Of a stretch of 64,000 nucleotides of DNA, positions 37,401 to 49,832 are shown piece by piece. A program made the translations under genes and the position numbers. The stretch is taken from positions 372,001-436,000 of the forward strand of contig CBFDEM010000016.1 of assembly GCA_965603825.1 (NCBI GenBank). The letters run 5' to 3'. Within the stretch, counting starts at the first letter, position 1. Each line of letters opens with the position of its first letter. This DNA comes from Blepharisma stoltei ATCC 30299 (lineage: Eukaryota; Protista; Ciliophora). The notes beneath the pieces were generated by a model. The model made no database searches, was not told where the DNA came from, and was given only the letters and a program-made list of their open reading frames with translations.

Positions 37401-37905
37401 CAGTTAAAAAACTTAAATCATTAGAAAATAACAAAAATTGGTCTTTTAGCGCTGAATAAGATTTTTTGTTAAAGACAGCACCTTTAGTTCAGTTAAAATA
37501 ATTCATTAAAGCTAAAAATGCGGTTTTTTGGCTTGACAATGAGGGGACTATGGAATAGGCTGAGTCATCAATGTATTTAAATTCATCTTGGTACACTAAA
37601 TGCACTAAAAAATGGTCTTGGCAGTATTTTGAAAGAAAATATTGAATATCAAGGTCTTCTGATAAATCCAGCAATATTAATGAATTTTGGTGCATTGAAA
37701 TACAAAACTCGAGATTTGTGTGGCTGCATTTGTGTCAATCAATTGCAGAAGTATAAATTTCGGACAAAAGAATTAAATATTCCTCCTTTCAGTTAACTGA
37801 GATTGCTTCTTGGGGATTTGGCACAACTGTAATTATTTCCAAAGCACTACAATTGAATATAAAATCAAAAAACAAAATTAGAAGCATATATAGGTTGGTC
37901 CGCAT
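34477..37905 (-). CDS. Receptor-like protein: signal peptide, periplasmic-binding/ANF-receptor (Venus flytrap) domains, about 9 TM helices; 1142 aa
   Basis: Five track ORFs in one frame joined by about 16 TGA; TAG at 34477. ANF-like FPFYVRM...LGWKKIAVIYENSLWGEG, YYDSTLIAANAL, FIGCTGPVSI. Alternative start at 37887. Confidence 0.75.
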
Positions 37906-38590
37906 TGCTAGTATTTTAAGTCAATTTATTTATTTCGAATTTTACTTTTGCATTATTTTGGAAATTCATCATGGACTGAAAAATTCTAAAAAAATTTCTA
38001 ATGTTTTTTTTTATCCTTGTATAAATTTTAATAGAGGCTGATTTTGGAGTAAGTATTTTATGCTTTTACTCCACCTGCATATTTTTATATTTATTTGTGC
38101 CAAGATTTATGAGGCGAATAGCAAATATCTAGTTCTCATAAAAGTTAAGCACAGATTGATTATGCCTGCATATATATTTATCGCAATTAACTAAATAGAG
38201 AATAATTAAAAAATCAATAAACGTCAGATTGAAAATTTCTGATACATGCTTATATGAAAACTGAATAAGAATTATTATCATCTTCTTATAAGTTAAGAAG
38301 CTCAGAAAAAAAAATGCTAATAAAATAATGCCATTTTTTGATGCATTGAATATTGAGCTAGAATGGCTTTATTTCGGTTTAAATGATAATTGATAGTGAA
38401 AAAGCCTTTTTATAAAATTTTCCATTTATAAAGAAAGATTCTGTTAGCAAAATGTACTTTAATGATCAATAAAACTAAATATAAATATTATAAACTTTTA
38501 CTTTTTAATCGCTCTTTGCAGATTAACTTGATTTATTAAACAGTCCGAAATTCGTATCTAAAATTATGCATAATCTACTAATAATTAGAC

Positions 38591-40549
38591 TTATGGCATG
38601 ATTGGTTTACAAATCAGGCATTTCATCGATCGAATTTGTGCCATTATAACTTGCTTATCGACATCACTTATATTGAACTCGTTAAGGGTATCTTCAAACA
38701 TTTGTGAATACAGATTGAAGTCTTCCTCAGGTATTCCCAACCTTTCATGGGCTACTTTTATTTTTCTCCTAAACTCAAACGTTGCACATCCATTAAAAAC
38801 CTTGAACATCCCTTTAAAAATCATTTTCATATTTGAGTCTAAAAAATGCTGCTTTAGATCATCGCTTGACAAAATTCTCTTGTATAAGGAAATAATAAAT
38901 TTATTCCAAAACTCATCGCCCCCGTATGCCTCCACTAGATTTCTGCTTCTAACTTTTAACAATTCTGTGTTCATATTCATTTCGTCAATTTTTCTAATCG
39001 CATCAGTAAAACATTTTTTGATATGGACGTCATATTTATTGTCTCATAGCGACTTTGAAGTATTATAAAAGTCGTTTTTCTCTTCTGTCTCTTCAATTTT
39101 TACCTTCTTTGCTTGGTTATCTTGATGAATTTGGTCCATAATTGTTAATTTTTTGGTTAATGACCTGTTTTGATAAGCTTTTATGCTTTGCTTTTTCAGG
39201 TTTTTGATTCTTGCCAAGTTAGAAGGTTTTAAACTTAACACTGGGTCATCTTTTGCGACTATTTTTACATGCTTTGTACTGATGTGGCTTGATGATTGAG
39301 AGATCTGAGGGGGATGATGCGCCTTTGATGACCTCTGAGAAGATAGATTAGAAAATGGGCACACAAACTCTTCAACGCTATTCAACTCAGCGCCTCTCTC
39401 TGTGCTTAAAGCTTTAAGCACGTGTATATTGACTTCGGGCTTAGTTTCCATAAAAGAAATCGCTCGTTTTACTTGTGATGGCTCTCCTAAGTTTATTTCT
39501 CCTATTTCCAATTTAATTTCATGGTTTTTCAACGAAATTTCTACACAGTCTAGAAATGTTCATTTTTTTTCCTTTGACAAAATAAAATCAAAAGTAATTT
39601 CTCTGAGCTCTTCTTCTTTATAAACTTGTTTCCTCAAAAACGATACTATTTTGTCAACCATATTTTCAATTTCAGGCACTTTTACCGTATCTTCAATCAC
39701 CATAATTCCATCTGATGCCCTCGTATTTACAATAGGATTTGTATTTTGGTCTGGAAATTGGTCCTCCCCAGAAAACCTTTCAGTAAAATTCCCAAAATTT
39801 CGAAAACTGCTCAATGAAGGGCAATGATCAATCATTGGCCTTTCAGTTGCTGGCGTCATGCATTCGTTTGTATTTCTGTTAATTATTTTAAAAAGTGGCA
39901 AGTTCATATTACTCCTAATGTTTTTTGGTGTCAGAGTCATGCTTCGTTTTGTGTAATCGGTTGGGATCGCTGTTCTTCTCCTTAAAAGAGGCCTAGTTTT
40001 ATTTGCAATTAAGTAAAATTTGGTTCTGCCTCCAAATCTCCAATAAGCTCTGGTGAGCGAAGATGGCTTACTTCTCGGCTGAACAAAAATTTGCATTTTG
40101 TCTGATGTTTCTGTCGATGAATTTCATAGAGAAACCGCGCTTTCTTTTGTGTATAAGAATTGTGTGGGTTTTCCAAGAATTTTGTAGCAGCACACTGGAT
40201 TTTCGTTGTCATTTTTATCAGGGATTTCAGCAAAGAAATCATCATCAGTGCACAGGCGGGTGATAATCGCCCCATATTTGTTGTTCTGCACTAAATAGCA
40301 GAGGTTTGTGTTGCTGATTCGTAAAAGTGTGGTAGGGATCTTAGCGATGATGTTATTTAAATTTGCATGCAGACAGAAAAGTCTGTAGATATCGAATTGC
40401 TGACTGTTATTTAGTTTTGGTAGAGAATTGAAACCTTTTTTGTGTGCGTTTGGGGTTTGAATTTTCTTATATAGGCCCAAGGGGTATGGGGTAGAGATAG
40501 ATGTGGAGTAAATTGATATTGGCTCACCAACACTTGAATTGTCTTCCAT
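38591..40549 (-). CDS. 652-aa fusion: putative ATP-grasp-like domain plus C-terminal group I truncated (2/2) haemoglobin
   Basis: Four track ORFs in one frame separated only by TGA at 40124, 39560 and 39044. C-terminus NLVEAYGG...SLYKRIL...QHF...KIKVAHERLGI..EDF matches the trHbN pattern. Confidence 0.75.
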
Positions 40550-40871
40550 ATATAAATTTACTCAGTGGCATATTAGCCAATATTTTGAGAAGGAAAGATA
40601 TTCCTGAAGATACTGGAGGAGATAATTTAAAGGCTTAGAGAAAATATGAGACAGATGCCTATATCTCAAAACTAGAAGAAGACCTTAAGATTAATTGTAA
40701 TTAAAGAATTAATGATTCTTATTTGACAAATTTCTAGCCTTTTGATTAATTTTTCTAAGAATCAGTAGAATATCTCCATAATTGGATTCCTTGTTTTTCA
40801 AATTTTGTATTTTTAATGAAGATTTATGGTAATTTTATTACTTTCATCAAGAATTTTTATTTCTATCAAGG

Positions 40872-41001
40872 TCTCAAACAGAAATCAAAATTTTTTGGTC
40901 TCTGTGATTAATAATCTCAAACAGAAATCAAAATTTTTTGGTCTCTGTGATTAATAATCTCAAACAGAAATCAAAAGTTTTTTGGTCTCTGTAATTAATA
41001 A
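40872..41001. repeat. Tandem repeat, 3 copies of a 43-bp unit with an internal imperfect palindrome
   Basis: Unit TCTCAAACAGAAATCAAAATTTTTTGGTCTCTGTGATTAATAA at 40872, 40915 and 40958; the third copy has a 1-nt insertion and one substitution. Confidence 0.95.
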
Positions 41002-41223
41002 AACACTGACTTTGAATTTTGTAAAGAATTCTGGATTTATAATATTTTTAAATGCTTCCATTAAAGACAAAGTCAAGAATTCTAATAGAAAAATGTAAAT
41101 AAGAACACAAGCGATTATCAATTTTAATCTGTATAATAAAGAATGTTTTGCTATTAATCCTTTTGGTAATATGCATGATTTAATTTTTGTTAAAAATAAA
41201 TCTAAATAAAATAATAAGTAGCA

Positions 41224-44200
41224 TTAAATATTATTTAGCTTCTTAGGCTCGATAGGACTTGTAGGCTTTACTGTATAATTTTTAACTTTTAAAGGTTGTG
41301 GAGAATAATCATGATTTGATGAACTTGAAGGAGTGTTACAAACTGTTGCATTTTCTTCTGTTTTCTTATCGCTTGTAACACTTGCAGCATCTTCATTGAA
41401 TGTTGAGAAATACGATTTATTTGGAACAACACTTGGCCGACTTCTAGCAATACTGGAGGCTCTGCTTCTGCTTCCTCTTTCTGCTCTCAGTTTTTCGACT
41501 TCTCTTACGAGCGTTTCTTTTCGTTTTTCCAATCTTTCAATAAGGTCTTGGCTTTCATTTTTTTCTGAAATTAAATGATCTCTATCTAGTGCCCATTTTG
41601 CTTTTTCCTTCTCATATTCAATGTATATTGAATTCTTTTGCTGCTCCAAATCTTTAGCTCTCTGCTCTAAATCAGCTACTTGGCTTCTTAAAATTTCTTT
41701 ATCGTGCTTAAGGTTTTCACATGTTTCCTTGATTTCTTTTTCCTTTTGTTTATTTAAAGCCTCTATTTCTTCTTTCAGCAGTTTTTCATTTTCTATGAGC
41801 TCTTGCACTTGATTTTCTAGCATTGCTGAATCTACATTCCTTAGTCTTCTTTCCTGGTCGAGCTCATCTTTGATGATTTTCAGGTCTTTTTCAAGCGACC
41901 TTATTTTAATATTTAAATCATTGACTGCCAATTGGTTTGCTTCTTGAAGCTCTTTGATTTGGTGATTATAATTCGCTTCAACAGACGAGAGTATAGAAGA
42001 CTGATCTGTTTTATCACGATTTCCTCTCTTTTGAAGCTGCTCCAAGGCTAGTTCAAACTTCCTTTGAGATTCAATTGTGCTGTTTCTAGCTTGATCTCTC
42101 TGTGAAGTCAAAAAGGTAACTTTATTTTCCCACAAAGTTTTTTCCCGATCAGCAGTTGCCAACAGCTCAGCTATTTTTCGCTCTAAGTCAGAAACATTTG
42201 TTTTTAATGCATCATTTTCTTTTAATATTGTTGATTTATCGCGGATCACAACTCCATCTCTGCAGGCAAGCTGCTCTCGGAGATCTTTTATTTCTTCATT
42301 ATATCTTTCTTCAGTTTCTTGCTTTTTCTGAGTCAGCTGCTCAACCTTTTCTTCTAAAAGTGATTTTTCTTTTTCGTAAATGGCTGTTTGTTTATTTATT
42401 TTGCATTGCAGTTCTTTAATAGTTCTTCTTTTCATATCAATTTTCTTCAAAGCTTTTTCTTTTTCTACACTCAATTTTTCTATCATTTCAAAGCCATCTT
42501 GTCCATTCTCCATCTTCCACGACTTTGAAGAGCTTCCTCCTTTTTGGTTTTCTTGTATAGCTTTTTCTAAGTCAGCAATTTTTTTAGCTTGGAATTCAAT
42601 ATGCTGATTTGCGAGGGCGATTTCTCTTTTATACTCACTTTTCTTTTGGCTTATTTCATCAGCGAGCTTATGATTAGTTTTTTTGGCACAATCAAGCCTT
42701 TCAATGAAATTCATTCTTTCTTTGCTCATTTGGTCTTTTACATCTTCAAGCTCTTTTTCATGGCTTGCAAACTTATTTTGTAGAGTTTCAGCCTTGAATT
42801 CCATACTAGCCATTTCTCTTTCTTTTAAGGAAACTTCATTAACTAATTTTTCAATTTTCTCTAATAGAAGGTTTCTTTCATTGGTAAATGCTATCATTTG
42901 GTTTTCTATTGCTTGAGCATGGGACGTTTGCATTGAGCTTATTTGGTCTTTAAGGCTTTGCAAATACACTTCCAAAGTTTCCAGCTTCTGGACATCCAAA
43001 GCTGCTTTATGGCGCACCTGTTGGATTTCTCGGGCCTTGGATTCTTGGAAGCCTTGCAGTTCATCCTGCAATGCGTTTATTTCTTCTTCGTACTTTTCTT
43101 GCTCTTCCCGAAGCCTATCTTCATACTCTTCACAAGCAATTGAGTATTTCTTTTCAAACCGCTCTTTTTCTTCTTTTACCCTCTGATCAATAATTGCTTT
43201 TTCATCACTATGCAGTTTCTTTAGCTGATTTAAGATTTGCTCATTTTCCAGCTTCAAGGCTGATATTTCTTTATTATGTGCCAACGATAGTTCTTGTATT
43301 CTTCCTTCTAAGTCTTTGATTTTCTTTTTTGACTTAATTTCACAGTCTTCTGAGAGAGCTGTGACCTCGTTTTGCAATAATTTTATCTTCTCAATGTTCT
43401 TTTGTTTTTCAAAATTGAGAGCTTCCATAGCATCTTTATAGTCTTTTTCTTTGTTTTCGTATGATATTTTGATAGTTTCCATTTGCATTTCAGTGTCTCT
43501 TTTATCTGTTTTTAGCTGAAGAATTTCGTTTCCGAGTTCTTCTTTCAGCTGTTCAATAGCTTCTTCAGAAGATCTCAGCATGTCTTCATAGGAGTTTCTA
43601 ATTTTTTCTATTTCAATTTGCATTTCTTCTTGTGTAAGATCACAGCTGACTCTGTTCAAAGTTTGCATCATGGTTTCATGCATCCTTCTTTCTTCTTCTA
43701 GCACTCTTTTAGACTCTAACAATTCTTGTTCTAGAAATTCTGATTTTTGTTGGAGTATTGCGACTTCTTTTTGTGTGGACGATACGCCGCTAGCTATCTG
43801 CAAGTCTTTTTCTTTTAGTTTTGCTTCAGTTTCAATCAATCGTTCTCGAAGATGCTTGAGTTCCATATCGATTGATTTTTGGACATTTTCACATTCTTTT
43901 TTATAAAAAAGGTCCTTTTGGTCAAGTTTTTGCTTGAGAGCTTGGATTTCTTCTTTGCTTTCTTTTAATAAGTTTGAGAGCTGAAGCTCATTTCTGCTTG
44001 ATATTAGCCTCAACTGCTCTATTTCAGATTCTTTGTCATTTAATGTGCCTTCAAAATCATTGAATTTTTCATTTTCTTGTGAAATTTTAGCTTGGAAGCT
44101 TTGAATTTGTTCTTCATACTTCACATGGATGTCTTTGATTGCCTGATTGTAATTTTTCTTCTCATTTTTCAATTCATTCAACAATTTTTGAGCTTTAATA

Positions 44201-45696
44201 TTGCCTTCTTCTAGAGAGCTTTCAAGGAAATTTATTTTTTGTTGGAGGAGAGCTATTTCTTGTGCTTTTTCTGATTCAATTTGATAAATATGCCTTTCAA
44301 GCTCTTTAGTTTTGTCTTCATACTCTGAAATCTTATTCAGAGAATCTTGAATTTCTTTTTGTGCATCAGATTTTATATTTTTGACCAAATCTCTATTACC
44401 TTGTTCGATTTTTTCAATATATCCTTTCAAACTTTTAATCTGCTCGTGTAGATTTTTTTCTCTTTCTGCTAAATTGCTTCTCTCACTTTCAAATGATGCA
44501 ATTTTTTTCAAAAGGTCTTCTTTTTCTTTGTTATAGATTTCTTTCATCTGTGACATCTCTGAACTTACACAGACTTTTGAGTTTTCTGAAGTTTCTCTAT
44601 AAAACTTCAGTTCCTGACTCATTTGTCTTAGAAAGCTTTCACTTGCAGCTGCTGTCACATTGTAGCAAAATTCCATCAAGCTTTCTTCTTTGCATCCTAA
44701 ATTAGGTCCATGGCTTCTCACAAATTCTTGGAAATGCCTTAGCTCCCTTTCAAAGTCCATATAAGCCATGGTCCCTGATTTCATCTTGTTTGAAATCACT
44801 TTGAAATTCTCATTCATAAAGGCTGATAGAAAAGCTTTACTTGACTGCTCATTTTCTATTTTAAGATTTTCAAATTTTTCATGTATTTTTTCATTTAAAG
44901 TTTCCAGTAAATTTTTTGTGTCATATCCAATGGAGTTTGAAAAGTAATGCGCAAGTGCTAGTTTTTTTGCGTCTTTATGAATTAATTTGAGTTCTTTTTG
45001 ACTTACTGGAAATTTTTGAGAGGTATAATCCATAATGGTAGAATCATAAATTTCATTGGCAGAGTCCATAACTCTTTGATTCTCATAAATGCACATGCTA
45101 GTTCATAGACTCTGTATATCGGGAATTGATCTTTTTTTGACAGATTCAATGCATTCCTTTATTAAATTTTTCAAGACCTCCTGAGGTACTAATAAATTAT
45201 AAAGGGAGTCTGCTGAAGTTAATCTGGAGAAATCATCCTTTAGCTTATCAATATAACTCACCAATGTAGCATCTTCTTGATCTATGCAGATATTTGAAAG
45301 CATATTTGAGATTTCATTGCTATTTATAGGTCTTCGAAAATTATAGCAAGAAATATTTGAAAAATAATTGTTCAATATCTGTAAAAAGTTCTGTGGATCG
45401 CTCTTCTTGGTGTTTTCTTCTTCATTTTTTTCTGAATTGCATTTGTAAAGCTGATTTCTTGGCTTTTCTTCTTTCAAAAATAATGGCGGTGCTGGAGGCT
45501 CATTCAAATTTGTGCTTCGTTCTTCATCCATACAGGAAAGGTTTTCAGATGTTTGTGAGGGGCTTAAAATGGCTTTTTCGTCTCTATAATCAGATTCTTC
45601 ACATGAGGAAATATTGGATTGTTGAAAATCATGATTTGATGTAATGCTTGCATCGCTATATGTTTCATATTCAATAAGATCTTCAGGCTTTTCCAT
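41224..45696 (-). CDS. Guanylate-binding-protein-like long coiled-coil protein, 1490 aa; GTPase P-loop not evident
   Basis: CYNFRRP...IPDIQSL-W(TGA 45103)-TSMCIYENQRVMDSANEIY...FPVSQKELKLIH resembles the GBP GTPase/helical-domain junction, followed by over 1000 aa of coiled coil. Confidence 0.65.
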
Positions 45697-45962
45697 TTAA
45701 AATATGTATATGAATTTATAAATTCTAAATATTTTATTTAATCTAGAGTTTGTCTAAGTTTAGAGCACTAAGGGTTTAGATCTTTCATAAATTTTTTTAT
45801 TAGTATTAAAATTTGGCAAATTAATTGAAGTAAAATACATCAATCGACTGATCTATATAAATAATAGATTTTTCTTATTAGACTCTGACAATTTCAACGT
45901 TTTAGACAAGATAATTGCAAATGGTCAGCAATGATAATTATATAGAGTCAAAATTTAATAAA

Positions 45963-46997
45963 ATGATAAGAAGATTCCATTCAACTTTAATTAAAACCCA
46001 TGAACTTGCAGATTTAATGCTACAAAGGGTCCCCATATATATTATTGATGCAAGCTATGACATCCCTGGAGTCTCCGGAAATTCAAAGTCAGAGCATTTT
46101 AAAACCCGACTGCCAGGGGCTAAATTCTTTGAAATTGACGAAGTTTCAGACAAGACTAATTCTCTCCCACATATGATGCCTACACTTGACACATTCGTGG
46201 ACTTTATGAAAAAGCTACGTATAAAAAATGACGATAATTTGCTAGTCTGCTATGACAGATATGGAGCATTCACATCTCCACGTGTATGGTACACATTTAA
46301 ATGCTTTGGTAAGAAAAACATTGCAGTATTAGATGGAGGACTTCCCAAATGAGTATCAGAAAATCTCCTTACAGAGAGTTCTGAATATGAAATCTATCAA
46401 AACCCTGAAGGAGAAATCAATGAAGATTATAATTACCAATTTGATAAGAAAAAAGTGAAAAATTTTGAAGCTATGACATCCTTTTTTGCCTTGTTGGGCT
46501 CCAGAACTTCTGTTCCACAAACTAATACTCAAATTCTTGATGCAAGACCACCTAAGCGCTTTTTAGGAATCGACCCAGAGCCCAGGGAAGGAATCAGAAG
46601 TGGCAATGCAAGGGGCACGAAAAACCATTGTTTCAAGTATAATTTCAAAAGTGATGGAACTTTCAAAAATCCTGAAGAACTGAAGAAGCATTTTATAGAA
46701 GCAGGAATTAATATGGATGAAAGTGCCCATACTATTCATATGTGTGGCAGCGGGATCTCAGCTTGTGTCAATATACTTGCAATGGAACTTGCTGGCAAAA
46801 CAAATAATTCGCTATATGATGGATCTTGGACTGAATATGCAACAAGATTTCCTAAAGAAGAAGAAAGGGCGCCTAGGGTTAAATCAATTCTGCAAAGTGA
46901 ATATATGAAGCATGTAAAGGAAAGGTTTGATTTGAAGTCAAACCCGGAAGATGCAATAAAAAAAATGGAAATGCTGACAAAAATGCTTAAAAAATAA
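45963..46997 (+). CDS. MPST: 3-mercaptopyruvate sulfurtransferase / rhodanese, probably mitochondrial
   Basis: LPGAKFFEID, LPHMMP, SPRVWY, VLDGGLPK-W(TGA), LDARP..RF.G...EPR, active site CGSGISAC, LYDGSWTEY. Confidence 0.9.
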
Positions 46998-47222
46998 TAT
47001 TTAAGACACAAAATTAATTTAAAATAGCGTCATTGTTAGCACTGCATTTAAGAAATAACAATTCTAGATAATAAATAAAGATTTAGACTTGTAAAAAATT
47101 GAATTACGTGAATAGAACAGTTTTAAGAATTAATTAATGCTGAATTATTAAGATATTTTGGATAAGATTACTATATTTTATGTTTTTATACGAAAAGCTA
47201 TCTATTAATCAATTCCTAACAC

Positions 47223-49382
47223 TTATATTGGAGTTCTTGGTATTTTGCTTCTTGAAGTGAATGCTTTTGTGTAGTCAATCTGTTCACTCTCCGCTTTTTC
47301 TATTTTTGGAGGCTGCAAATCAGCTGCAGGCACAACTCTTGTATCTTTTCGTTTAGGACTTTCCCTCATCAAGACTTCTAATTTCGTGGAAGAGTCAGAA
47401 ACTTCTCTCTGCTTAGCATTTGGCTGTTCTGTTGACGACCTCTTTTTCTTTGGTTCAGAACTATGAGGGCCTTGCTGTGAATATTTTTCTCTTAAAAGCC
47501 CTTCTCCAGTAAGCACTCCTTGCTGCACAATGATATCGTCCATATCTTCTTCTTCCGCAATCAAATCATCCCCTTCAAATTCCTCATCTTCAACTTCTTC
47601 TTGCTCATCTTCTGTGCTGCTTTCACTTTCTCCTTCATGTTTAATTTGTTCCAATATGAACGATATTTGCCTTTTTATGCTTTCTTCAGCATTGATGCTT
47701 AGATTTCTCAGTCTCTTTTCCATCCCAATTTTGATTGCTGCTTCTTTCATGCTTTGCCGTGTAAGGATCGAGTATAATGTCCCGTTAATATAAGTTTTCA
47801 CTTGGGTGTTGCTATGGTTTAAAAATTTATTCAGCATGGTCATTACATCTGAGGCATGCTCTTCTAGTTTGTTTTTTCCAGCTTTTCTGAGTGATAGATT
47901 CATCAACAAAGCTGCAGCATATTCTAATGTATAGTCTCCAATGTTGTCAAGGTCATATTTCAGTATTTTCATAAGCCAGTCCAGCATATTGAGCTCTATC
48001 ATTATTGACTGTGCAGCTTTTCTCAGAGACAATTTTTGCAGCACCCCCAAAGCATTTTGCCGTAAAATGGTATCTTGTTTTTCTGAATATAAAATTTGTA
48101 CAAGCAGAGCTATCAAATTGTCTTTTTGTAATAAATAAGAGCGTCCTTTGCTTTCAGACGAAATTACGTTGAGGAATCTTACTGTAAATTCTTTCACTCT
48201 GCGGGTCGAAGTCAAGAGCTGGTCGAGTAAAAGGTCATGAGGCTTTATTGTGCAAAGGATATTAAATCGGATATAGTTTTCAAGCTGTTCTTTTCTAACA
48301 GAAAATTGAGAACGAGTTAACCTCCATCTCAGTGCTTGTAAAATTGCACATATCTGTAGATCGTCTTGCAGAGAAGAAATATCACGGATTATACTTGCGT
48401 AGTTTATAGGTGGCAGATAGGAATAGCCTTTGATCAGACGGATTTCACTAGACTTGAAAAATGAAGGCTGAGGTGATGGATTTTCTATAAGTTCTTGGCT
48501 AGGTTTATTTATTATTTTATCGAATTTTGCTAATTTCTCATAGGCAGCTCTTGATAAGCTTTCATTTACAGCTTTTCCAGTCAGAGAAAGCTGTAATAAT
48601 TTGCTGAACTCTTTTGCAGTTTGATATATTTCTCTGCATTGGATTTCCCAGTTATTTGGCTGCAGATGACTCTGCTGCGCTACTAAAATTTCATTTTCAT
48701 GCTTCAGATTTTGAATTTCTTTTTCCAATGCTTGACTCCGTTTTGAATCCTCTCTCCCTCTTGACTGTGTGCGGGAGTTTTCCATATAAGTCATATACAT
48801 TTTGTCTAGAATTGTAGGAACGGTTTGTGGGTCTTTTTCCTGGATAAAATTCCCCACTCTGAGCTTCAGCTCATTCAGCCATTTCATAGTAAACAAGTCC
48901 TTAAAACCTTTATGGCCAATTGGATTCGGCATATAAGGCAGTGCGTAAAACGGAAGGATTTCTTCAAGAGAAGCTAGCGCTGGGCCTCTAGACTCTAGAA
49001 AGTTTTTTAAATCGTTCATGTTTTGTTTGAAGACTTTATTGTTTGGGTCTTTTATCGATGCTCTGCCTTTTATGTCATGGCAAGGATAAATTGCAAAGAA
49101 TACTCTGATATAAAATTCCAAAACTTGCCCTTCAGTGCTGGACTTGAGTTCTTGGGAGACATTGCTGTTCCATATATTGAAAAATGACTCTTTTTCTCCG
49201 TTATCTAAGGCGTGATTTAATGAATCGAAAAACATTGACTTGCCCACTGTGTGCTCTCTCTAAATGAGGATTACTTCGATTGATTGAAGAGTTTCAGTAT
49301 ATCTGTGTTCATGTAGATATTCTTTGATAGCTTCAATTATCGCTTGGTGATTTGGCTCTCGTGAAATTTGAGAAACTTGCAT
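47223..49382 (-). CDS. ARMC9: ARMC9 (LisH + armadillo; ciliary protein); one 15-nt intron (49260-49274)
   Basis: LisH-like AIKEYLHEHRYTETLQS; LPFYALPY, LQALRWRL, LGVLQKLSLR, YTLEYAAALLMNLSLR, YINGTLYSIL. Confidence 0.88.
49260..49274 (-). other. 15-nt intron GTAATCCTCATTTAG
   Basis: Splicing removes an in-frame TAG and joins the LisH exon to the rest of ARMC9. Confidence 0.88.
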
Positions 49383-49832
49383 GATTATTTATTTAAGTAG
49401 TTTAAGAAATAGGATAAAGATAAAAATTTGAATTATTAGGGAGTAAAAAATACTAGGTTGAAAAATACATGATCTTAGCGAGAGAGGCTATTCTAAATAT
49501 GAACAAAATAACCATTTTTAGAAAATTCGAATTAAAATTTTTGAAGTGTTATATACATAGATTTTTTATAAGAAATGAATTATCAGTTGTTAACTATTTA
49601 AACATCCTTACTAGCTGTTAGAAAATTTTCTAAGTTAGAAAATAATTTTTTTTTAAATTTTAATCATTTCGTTAAGCATGCAATAAATATATCGCATCCA
49701 AAAAAATAAAAGTAGCATGCTAGGTTTACTTAGAAGCATCAAACAATAACGAATAGGATATAATATTTAAAAAATCGAATTAAAATTGAATAATTATCAT
49801 AGATTCTACAAATATGGTCTTTAATAATATTA

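Noticed and set aside
34477-37905. Pseudogene interpretation of fragmented ORFs (also 55831-60006, 6821-9097, 12088-14607)
   Set aside because: All breaks are in-frame TGA or 15-nt introns with no frameshifts, so they are intact genes under TGA=Trp.
40872-41001. CRISPR-like array
   Set aside because: Units are directly adjacent with no unique spacers; eukaryotic context, no cas genes.
46350-46352. In-frame TGA as selenocysteine or cysteine (Euplotes-type code)
   Set aside because: TGA aligns to conserved Trp positions and to TGG in paralogues, not to Cys.
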